A stretch of DNA of 64,000 nucleotides. Origin: Geosiphon pyriformis uo1 (Eukaryota; Fungi; Glomeromycota). Both the position numbers and the translations under genes were made by a program. The stretch spans positions 133,955 to 197,954 of the forward strand of contig JAAOMT010000096.1 in the NCBI GenBank assembly GCA_016748015.1, given 5' to 3'. The notes beneath the pieces were generated by a model that was not told the origin of the DNA, ran no database searches, and saw only the letters and a program-made list of their open reading frames with translations. How positions within the stretch are numbered: position 1 is the stretch's first letter; every line of letters starts with the position of its first letter. Shown here piece by piece: positions 53,736 through 64,000 of this stretch.

Positions 53736-53968
53736 TCGTTTTATAAGTGTGGAGATATTTTTTAATTTAGCTAATATTGGAGCCTTTTCTTGTTGTATTT
53801 TTTCGAATACAAATGTAGCCTCAAATGTGCTTAATGTAAGTGTAATAGAGTCTTGATCTGTTTGAATAGCTAGTCACTCATGAGAAAATGTGTGATTCAT
53901 GTTTATTTTAGACATGTACATGTATTAGGCTAGTAAATTGTAAAAGGGCTACACTTATTAAGCATTTA

Positions 53969-54034
53969 CCGTATTTACTCGCTCCCATCTGATTTTTCAG
54001 TAAATTGGGAGTGCTTATTCCTGAGTAAATACGA
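53969..54034. mobile_element. 66-bp mini-MITE, Tc1/mariner(pogo)-like termini
   Basis: TA-CCGTATTTACTC...GAGTAAATACGA-TA (12-bp TIR, 1 mismatch), plus an internal CTCCCA/TGGGAG inverted pair. Confidence 0.6.
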
Positions 54035-54143
54035 TAAATAAATCAATAAAAAATTTAAATATATATAAATTTAAATCTTAAAAATTACAATTTTAAAATG
54101 AATTTTTAAACTTAACACTTATTTCCAATGAAATATTAATATA

Positions 54144-54582
54144 CAGTCTGGGACAAAAAAAATGGAAATCTAAATAGAATTTTTTAAAAAAAATTCTAAA
54201 TTATTTTATTAAATATTATCAAGTAAACTTATTTATTAGCTTCTCAATAATATACAATTAAATTTTTATTAAAGTCTAATAATTATTGATTATACAATTA
54301 ATAAAAATAATATGATGACTTTTTTACTTATAACTTTTTTTAAAAAAAAAATTACATTTTTTATTAATTATTTATATATAAAAAATTGAAAAAATACTTG
54401 TAATATATATTTTATAATTACTTTTTTTCATCTTTAAAAAATAGTTAAAAATAAACCCATTTATTTTTTATTAAAACTGTTTTAAATAAACTTATTCATT
54501 TAATATTAAACTATATTATTTGAATAGATCTTTATTAGATTATAATTAAAATAATAATTTCCATTTTTTTTGTCTAAAACTG
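54144..54582. mobile_element. Tc1/mariner-type MITE (439 bp)
   Basis: 26-bp TIRs at 54144-54169 and 54557-54582 (3 mismatches, all transitions), with TA flanks. The empty site is visible in the paralogue at ~43250-43285. Confidence 0.88.
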
Positions 54583-56476
54583 TATATATATGAAAATTTA
54601 TTAAAAGCTGTTTTGAATTTGTAACTAGTTAAAATTTTTGAAATTTCAAAATATTATTTTTATTTTTAATTAATTTAATTAATTTTATCAATTTTTGATA
54701 TTATAATAAAGTTTAATGTCATGTTTTTAAAATGCAAAAATCTTTTTTTTTGGTTGTATTTAATTTAATTGAATCCAATTAGTTGATTAAAGAAATTTAT
54801 ATAAAAAGTATTTACAATTGATTTGTTTTTCTTATAAAATAGGTGAAGTAAAAGTTTAAAAAAAATTGTTTTTTTATTGAAATAACTTAACAAAGATCCT
54901 TAAATAAAATTGCAGATTCTTGAAAAAAGAATGATTTACTTAACAAACAAAGCTAACATTTTATCAAATAAATAAAAGAAACTTGAAAATTTTTTTTAAG
55001 CACTCCTAAATAACTATTGAATAGAGATTAATCAATTGTTTTTTTTATGCAAGTGGTATATTGAATTGTTAAGAGACTCAAAAGTAATGGTTTTTTGTTT
55101 CTCTGAAAAATTTCAAATATCTAAAATTATCTAAATTATTTTTAAAAAATTAATATCGAAATTATGCGTTTTCTTTATCTTAATGAAATCATATATTAAA
55201 TTTCGACTTCTAAGTTTGATGGGTTTTTTTCTGCATTCAGTTAGTTCAAATGAACTTTCCTAGCAAAAAACCCTCATCGTAATTATAAAATATTTTTCTC
55301 CTGCTTTTGCTCGCCGCAATTAAATCAATTAAAAAGTTGCTAAATTAACTTCCCATTAGCACCGTGTATTAGCAACACAAATACGTAAATTTCTAGAATG
55401 TCTTAAATAAGATACCTATTATTCGACAAATTGGTGCTTTGAAAATAATTAAATAGATAGAAATAAATGTTTGCCATATTTGACTAAATCGTTTTTGAAA
55501 ATGGTTAACTCTTTTTTCAATCAAACAAAATAGACGGATTTTCTAATTAAAAATAATAGGCTAAACATATTCTTATTATTATTATTATTATTATTAGTCT
55601 TATATATTTATGTTTTAACAAGTTTTTAATTATTAGAGCGATGAACAAATTGTATTGAATTTCAGGGTTTAAATAAGTATTAGATGACGCTCCAATTTTA
55701 ATACAAACTTACATTTCATTAAGCCGCAAAAGATGCCTATTTTTAACTCTCGAATGTCTTATATTGTGATATTTTATGGTAGATTCAGTCATTTAGAAAA
55801 TATGATTAATAGCCTGTCTCAGAATGAATTAAGATTGATTTTTTATATATGGTATAATTCGCTTATTTTAGGTTAGAATCTCAAAATTATAAAAAATTAA
55901 AAGCTTTATGTATAAGACCGAACGAGATAGCTATAAATATAAAATTTTAAAAGATGAGATCAATGAATAAAGAACTTCACAACGGAGGATATTTTTACCC
56001 TTGATTTGCTGCTCTCGATTTTCGGTGACACATTGAGAGAAAAAAACGATAAAAGCTTTGATTTCTAAATACGAATTTAAATCTGTTCCAAAAATAAATT
56101 TTCTCGGAGCAGATTTCATACCCTTAAGCGCTAAATAATAACGGATAGATAAGCATAAAATTAACCGATATACTTCTCTTTCGAGAACAACACCGTATTG
56201 TGGTCACCCCGAGAAGATGACAATTGGCTGCCTGATAAAAGAATGAAAAAATGCTTCAATAAACTAAACTAAAGTCAAATACATATGGTTATTAATAAAT
56301 ATTTTATTAAAGAAAAAGTTTCTTTTCATGACTTCTCATTAAGATTTGATTATAAAAGGAATTGTACTTCTTTGGTCAGCCAAGATTTTAGCCTTCCGTT
56401 GTCAAATTTACTGAGGTTTTAATTTTATCATCGTTCAAATTTTAAGAAATAAGAAAGCGTATTACCCCTTGAAAAA

Positions 56477-56965
56477 ATGAGATTAATTGTGGCAATTAGT
56501 TTCTTCTTTGTTCTTGTTCTCTTTGAAAGAACTTATTCAATAGCTTTAGAAGGGAATGATTGCGTAATCTGCACCCAACAGGTCCCACAATGCCCAGCTA
56601 CTTGTCCAATGAATCAAGAATGTACAATCATTGGGCAAACGTGCACTCAATGCTCACGAGCGGTCTGCCAAAACTCATCTACCGATCCCCCCAAAGAAGA
56701 GCAATGTTTAGCTTGCTCAAAAATATATCGACCTTGCCCAAAATGTCGTAAAGGCCATATCTGCGTTCGTCATCCTCAAACTTGCAACAAGTGTGAAACG
56801 GTCACATGTGAGCCAGATGTTTCCCAGCCTGATCATGGTGCTTGTGTAAATTGTTTGGCTGAATGTCCGCCGGATTATTGTAAAGGGGGCTTGGTCTGTG
56901 TGGTTGTTGGCGCTAATTGTAATAGTTGTGGGCGGGCTGTTTGTCGGGCACCCAAGAGTGAGTAT

Positions 56966-57001
<36 letters not shown>

Positions 57002-57094
57002 TATCCCATCGTAAAAATCTTGTTTCAATTAATTAATGGAGCTTGAATTTATTTGTGAATTTCGTTTCTTTAAGAAGGTGGCAAAAGAAGTTGA
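56477..57094 (+). CDS. Secreted protein F: three 8-Cys Opy2-N-like modules + short basic tail
   Basis: ORF from 56477 with signal peptide and 24 Cys. The donor GTGAGT at 56958 (phase 1) and acceptor at 57074 give ..CRAPKKGGKRS*. The unspliced form would stop at 56968. Confidence 0.88.
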
Positions 57095-60000
57095 ACTAAA
57101 GTCTCATTTAGCTGAGAACAATGAAATTTTGCATATTTATCCAAGACTTGGAGCGAATAAAAGTATTTCGATACTAAAGAAAAGGTTTAATTCTCAATAT
57201 CTAAAGTATAATATTAAGGTTTGTTAAAAAAGAAATGTTCATTTTGTTTTAAATCCTTGAATAATTCAAGTTTTAGTTATTTACAAATAAACCAAGATTT
57301 CAAGTTGTTTACCATTTGATAAATGTAATTAGTATCATTACTTATTTTAAAGTTAATAACATTTCTTTATATTTTTAAAAAATATATTAGATTTTGAAAA
57401 TTTCAAACTTTAATTCATGAAGCTAATCAGAAATAGAGTTTGTTTACAGGAAAACTAACAATAACTTATAAAATAAAAATCTTAATCTGGTTTTCATATT
57501 AGAAAAAATAAATTTGGTCTTGAAAATTTTCGATATAATCAAAATAACTCAAAAAAGAGTTAAAATTCTTTATTTGGATATATGAATTATTTTTTAATTG
57601 GTTTTTAACTCAATCTTTCATATTATTTAAATCAACATATTTTAAATTCCAAATAATTAAGTAAGAAAAATAAAAACATTTGCATAAGCGATGATAAAAC
57701 TGTTGTTTACAGCTGAATTGACACTGATTGCGATTGTTTATGTAGAAAAAACAATACTGGTTGAAGACTCAAAAGTAGTGTTTTCAGTTTCAAAGTTCTT
57801 AAAAAAAACAAAATTGTTGCTTTTGGGAATACTATGAAGAAAAACTATTTTTGGTATTCCAAAGAAATTGGCTATTACTATTATAATAATTGCATTTGGT
57901 CATATCAAAGTAGTCATGATAGTAGTAGTAGTAGTTGTTGTTGCAGTGTGTTAAAAAAAACACTTTTATCTGACTGTTTTTACTACTAAAAAAAATTCTT
58001 GGTTGTTGCTTTCTTAATTATAATAACAAAAATAGTAATTGCTTTTTTTTTCTCTTTGTTTAAAATTAAAAGATAAGAAAATTATCATTTTTTGTTTAAA
58101 TTATTGCAAAATTAATAAAACAATATTTGAATCAATTTTTTCATTTAACATAGTAATTTATAATTAAGATAAAAGAAAAAGTAAATTAATTATTCGAAGA
58201 AATAATTTTATATATTTTAATACATTTTTATTTTGGTTTTAGCTGAAATTCTATCAGCTTATTTAATTATTATTATGACAATAATAATAATTGATGAATA
58301 ACTAGAAAAATGAATAATTAAAAAAAAATAATCAATGAAAAAATAATTAACTGAAAAATAAAATTTTTTGTAATGAAATAATTAAAAGTAACAATTAGCA
58401 ACATTTTGTAAATTAAAATAATTGAAATAAGAGAATAAATAATTATTAGAATTAATTTGATAGAAAAATAAATATACAATAAATATAATTTGTATTTTTC
58501 AGTTTTTAAATTTAACGATTTATGAATAATATAATTAAAATTGAATTACAAATTTATATTATATACATTATTTTAAAAATTATTATAAAATAACTTTTAC
58601 AATAAATTATTTGATATACTTAATACAAAAGCTATATTATTAAAACTAATCATAAATTTTGTAAAAAAAATTATTACAATTAATTACAAAATGATTTATT
58701 AAAAAATTAACTTTTTTATTTTTTTATTTAAATTTGAAATTAAAATAATTTTATCATTATTCAATATATATATACTGTTCTTTATTATAATAAATTTTTA
58801 TAGTTTTTAAGTTGTGACTTTGTTAATTTCAATTAACTATAGCTTTAAATAAAAAAATAAATTTATACCTATTTATTATATTTGTTACAGTTTATTTTGA
58901 AATAATATTTTGTCAAAAAAATAAAAATAAAAAATATAAACCACTTTTTTAAAATAAAAGTCTTATAGTTAAACTTTATTTTTTTGGCATCAAAACATTG
59001 TTTTCACTTCCTAAATTTTGTCGTCAATAACTTAGTCTATAGAGCAAGTATTTTGCTTCGTGTCCTTTAGAAGGGTCCCTATTTACTAAATTTGTTATAT
59101 TTCCTCATTACTGAACAATGTTACCGTGAAAATTCCATTCTCGATTTGGTACACAGCAGTCGCCATATCAATTATCCCATATTGGGTATTGCATCGGAGC
59201 ACGACTTAATTTAATAAATGAACAAAGCTGAGTTTTTTCAATTCAAGGGACGTTTTTCGAGCATAGTGGGCAAATAATAAAATTTCTTCAATTAAATAAC
59301 TATATCAGTATCGATTTATAAGGGTTTAATTTACTAAGTTTGTCAACTTGCTTTGCTTAAACACCCATCAAAAAACGAATATATCAATAAGAAAAGAGGA
59401 GAATGTTCGAATTTTGAGGTATAATACCTTTTATTTTCCCACCATAAATATGCAAGTTGCTAAAATTCAGGTTGTCCTCTAAACTTTTGGCTAGCAAATA
59501 AAATTTAATTATATAAAAATTGTGCAATTTCAAGTTTTTTGAACAATAGAAATACTTTAACCCTGTATTTTCCAAGAAAAACCAGTTTCTTAAAGAGAAC
59601 TAAAATATCATTATGGTTTTACCCACAAGTACATACATTTTTCATAGATGTACATAGATGTAATTACACATGTTAAAAATACTATTATTTTCGCAAGTAA
59701 ATGTGTCTATTATTTTCACCATCAAATTTACAGCGTAAATCAAATATTATAATATGTACAAAAATTTTTTCCAATCCTATTTTGAAGCTATTTCTGAAAA
59801 AGTCCAAATTGATTTTCAATTTTAACATTCAAAATAGTTTTATATTATGTTTGCTTACGAGAACAGTTTGCGCTAGAAATTTCTCTTATTTTATGCAACA
59901 TCCAATTTAGTAAATCTAAAAGCGACAAAATTTTAGATGTGAATACCAAAATTATTGTATCACTGTAAGAGAAGGATATGGGAAAACTTAATATCATTGA

Positions 60001-60222
60001 TTTTGTAAACAGGTATTTTATAAACAATCCTTCCATTGACAAATATTGTTGCAAAACAAGAAATGACTGTTTTAAGATCAGGTTAACAGGTTTTTATTTG
60101 AGCGAATCCTGTTTGTCAAAGAAAAAGATGAAGCCTATAATTACCTAACGTCGAAGTTCGAGCGAAAATAAAGAGGTTTTGGCACGCTATAATTTTTTTC
60201 AAAATTCGATTTTTCTGCCATA

Positions 60223-63200
60223 ATGCTCATTGTCAATCAATCTAAGGAAGAGATTGGTGAGTATTTGAAAAGTGAAAATATAGCGATAAAAGATCACAAA
60301 ACTTTTAAAGAGTTTAAAAATACTCAAAAATTCAGACCTAGCATCATAAATTTGATAAGATAGGCCATTTAATCAAAGAGCATCTTCTCATTCTGTTTGT
60401 AACCTAAAGTGCCTGATAAAAAAGAAGAAACTACATCAATTTTTCAATCGATTCTACATTCCGGTCTCGAAAAAAAATCCGATGTTAAGATACAATCAAG
60501 TTTATCCTTGGCCAATGTGGCTACAGCTTCCTCCTTATATTCAACGGAAGAAACTTTTACGAAAGGTATGACGAAAACAATCACTATTTCTCCAATCGCA
60601 GTGTAGGATGCAACTTTTGACAAAAGTGTTTGATAAAGACCAGAGACCTATTGATATCGACTCTCCATGGGAAAACCATGAAGGGGATGTCATTGATGAG
60701 ATGGATATCGACCCTCTTCAAGAAACAAATCAAATTGATACCGAGAGCGCTATCAGTCGTGATCTCTGTGAATCGATTCCCGGGCTTTATCGTCTGCTAG
60801 ACCTATGCAAAGACGAAGGATCAAATGGTCTTGGTATGTGATTGGTTTCTGAGATTCTTTATTATTAAGCTTGGTTCTAATTGAAACGTTATTTTACTTT
60901 GCTCTTAACTTTCAATAATTTCTAGTCGATAAAATTATTATTTCCCAACAGTTCGTAAAAAAGCTTTGTAACGAGATCGTACCAAACAGTTTTAAATCAA
61001 TTTCAAAAGTCAATTATAAAAAGCTAAATTCCAAGGCGATTTCCCTTGTTGGAGTTTATGGTCGAAACGAAATGATTGCAAACTTTCTTTTGCACCAAAA
61101 CATAATTAACCATTCAATGTAAATTTCGGGTTTTCCCGGTCAAGTTTTTTCTTGATTTAATGGGATGAACTTTTTACGCTCATAATTCCTTCAATCTTCT
61201 ATTCTTAGTCATGGATCGCTCCTTAACAAAACTTCCCAAACAATAAATCAAGGGGGATCTGATGAGGAGCTCGATACCCTGCGACCTGGAATCTATCTTT
61301 TACGCACCCCTTTCAGATCCAGTGATTCCAATCCTGCTAAACTTCAATTTTTAGTTGTACATTGGGGCGAAGAAGGCTGTTATGAAGATTTGGCATCTTC
61401 TCATCGAAAGAAAAACTTGACCAATATGCATCGGTATGTTTTGTCAAAGTTCATGGCATTCTCTTTAATTTTCAGCTTAACTAGTATCCAGTGCTAATGT
61501 ATTTTTATTATCAAAAGTTATCTTACCAAACTGACGGAACATCAAATTTGCTTGATGAGTGAAAGAGATTTGGAAAATATTAATTGGCAGATTTTCGGCA
61601 AGGAATTTGACGACGATGAAAAGGAGTCTGATGAGGAAGATCAAAGTGACGAGGATATCTGCTACGATTTTGAGGTTACAAAGAGACAAGAACAAAAAGA
61701 AGATTTTGAGCTTTTTCCTGGATTTGAGGTGTTTAATTTTTCTTTTTTTTCTATCCTAAAGAAACTAAGGTCCCTAATAGATTTAGCTCATTCCAAAATT
61801 GATTCGCCTTTTGAAATATACAAACCTTTATTAGATGCAATTGCCGAAAAATATGACTCGTGAATATATTCATCAGAACGAGCAATCTGGAAACCTTGGT
61901 CTGGATTCTCTCATCGTTGAATCTGTTACAAATCAAACTTTTTTAACTCGAGAGATTGTCCCAGCAACTAAAAAAATTGAAAGAGGAATCATAACTCTAG
62001 AATCGGAAAGCTATTTCCGCGAATATTTCAAGAGCAAACTTGAAAAGCAAAAGTGTGCCCTTTTTCTAAGTCGTCAACTAAAAATGCGAGAATTGGAGAT
62101 TATTGTCAAGGATGGATTGAAGCTGAATGATCTTTTCACACCTTTAGAGGATGAATTGAAAGTTTTGGAGAAGGAAAAAAAAGAGATCAAGATAAAGCAA
62201 AAAGCAAGTTTAAAAGAAGATGCGGCACTCGTCGAAAAATTTGGACGGCGTTCTTTAAAATACGCCTACAGGTAACAAATCTGAATGAAACTCCTCTGAG
62301 TGAACTTAGTTTCAAATATTAATCATACCTATTTTCACAGTTTTTTCGAATCACTCTTGCAAGAGGATAAGGAAAAGATGCCCGAATCTGGTATATTCAA
62401 TTTTCATAGCTCGTTAAACCTTTCTTTGATCTGTTGAAAAGGCAAATAACTCCTGAATCAACACATCTCGAACTTCAATCAAGGTACAAAACTTGGCCAA
62501 AATGAAGGACAAACTGACGGTCAAGGGGGATTCAATGAGTCACTATCATCTGGTTCGAGCAAAGAAAAAATAGAAAGCGAGACTGCAGCAGATGAAATTA
62601 GTAAGAAAATTTGCTTTTGAAATTTTATAAATGAAACTATATCTTCTAAATTTAAACCATATTATGCATCTTTAAAATTATAACTTAGTGGCTGAATATA
62701 TAAAAGACAATTACCCAGATATTATACCAAAATTTGAAGAAGCTATTACTGCTATAAACTATAGACCATGGTTTGATATGAAATGCCGTTTAACCTTTGC
62801 AAGACATATTGGTTTGTCCTCAGATATTCCTTCCACCCCAACAAATAATTCGGACAGAGCGGCCGATGAACCAGCTTTCACTGTATCACAAATATTTTTG
62901 GATAAAGAGAAGAACCTCTTTAATTTAGTAAAAAAATATACCAGACAGCCCGATGAAACTGGGGCAAAAGCGGTTCTGAGCTTCTTCGTTGGAGGTAATA
63001 TGCAGTATAGGCAAAATATTATTGACAAAGTAATTGAAGAAGCCAAAAACCTTGGAGATATTGACTTCGTCCGTCAAAAGTTAAGCCAGGAAGATGAGGA
63101 TATTGTCTTTGCATTTTTTGAAGAATATAAGCGTTGGCGAAAACAAGTTTTTCCGAGTAATTTGAAAAATGTCATCCAAAAGATCGATTCAAATTTAAAC

Positions 63201-64000
63201 CTTTCCAAGCTTCATAGCAAGATTGATACTGAATTTCAACAAAAGGAACAAGCCTTGTCAAAACGACATTTAGAAAGGATTTGTACTGAGGTCGAACTCA
63301 GATATCCCACCGGAGAAAAGCTAATTATTTTAAACCTGGAAGGTAATAGTAAAATAATTATACATATTTTTTGTCCTTTTCGAAAAATTTTAATCACTGA
63401 ATTCATTCCTCATTTACAAATATAGCAAATTCACCATACTCATACCGTCGTCATTTTAAAATGCTTCGTGAATTCGAAGTTGTTCGGCCTGCTTTGCTTC
63501 GCTTCACAATTTATACGACTCAATTGAGTGCAGAGGATAATATGCAACTCGATAAAGATCATTACTTTATACCACAACCGCGCTTGCATTTTTTTGGAAG
63601 AAATTTGGAAACTTCATTTGAGCTTGATCCTGAGGCATATGAACTGAGGTTGCTTTGGCTTGAATTTTGTTTTCGAAGTTTTATCACCAACTCACTTGAT
63701 TATTTTTTTAGACACATAGCACAATTAGAAAATAAAAAGTTCCTAGTATTTCTTTGGCATAAATCGACCCACAGGCTTGAGATTTACTTTGATACAATTC
63801 AACGGCTGCCTAAGACTATTCACGATCAATCTCCGTTGAAAAAACTCAATACGGGTGAACACTTCCTTTTAGCGGTTAATGAACCTAAAGGTTTAATAGC
63901 CATATATAACACTGAGAGGGCTGTGGTATGCATAGGTCACTTTTGAGTCGTCTGTAAAAATTATTACCTGCATGAAATTAACCCGTTATCTTATTGTTTT
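60223..64000 (+). CDS. 5' part of a very large multi-exon fungal protein (family recalled as carrying C-terminal P-loop GTPase-like and vWA domains; those parts lie outside the window)
   Basis: Long coding exons with GT-AG introns. N-terminal signature SIPGLYRLLDLCKDEGSNGLVDKIII..SFKSISKVNY..LVGVYG, LRPGIYLL, VVHWGEEGCY..RKKNLTNMHRYLTKL. The start ATG at 60223 is inferred; the gene is truncated by the window end. Confidence 0.75.

Larger units (their letters stand above)
54120..57695 (+). repeat. Segmental duplication, copy 2
   Basis: See copy 1. Carries insertions at 54144-54582 and ~54615-55045 that are absent from copy 1. Confidence 0.88.

Noticed and set aside
29022-64000. A coordinated defence island (SKI2 + peptides + giant protein)
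   Set aside because: Only physical proximity supports it; SKI2 is a conserved housekeeping gene and there is no co-regulation evidence.

Overview
Eukaryotic, very AT-rich, intron-rich fungal DNA. It is most consistent with a Glomeromycota (AM-fungus/Geosiphon-like) genome; this is inferred from the MATA_HMG relic, the short introns and the TE families. Bases 1-~27,600 are a nest of dead retroelements saturated with C>T/G>A transitions: a full-length Ty3/Gypsy with paired LTRs and a 4-bp TSD, a second LTR family, and non-LTR EN-RT-RNaseH fragments. At the edge of this island is a short, non-hypermutated TnpB/Fanzor nuclease relic (~28.4-28.6 kb) that the ORF track misses. It is followed by an apparently intact multi-exon SKI2 helicase gene (29,022-35,284) and a pogo/Tigger transposon with TIRs. 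From 39.8 to 57.1 kb lies a cluster of six genes/pseudogenes for small secreted proteins. They are built from an 8-Cys, Opy2-N-like module fused to variable, mostly cationic C-terminal tails (RGG, NG[GW]KG x9, PxWxPK). The cluster shows segmental duplication, an in-frame domain gain/loss, a perfectly identical tract suggesting gene conversion, and pseudogenisation. The window also holds an HMG-box pseudogene, a possible lipase relic, two Tc1/mariner-type MITEs, and the 5' part of a very large fungal protein gene running off the right end. All calls are by eye; no database searches were run.
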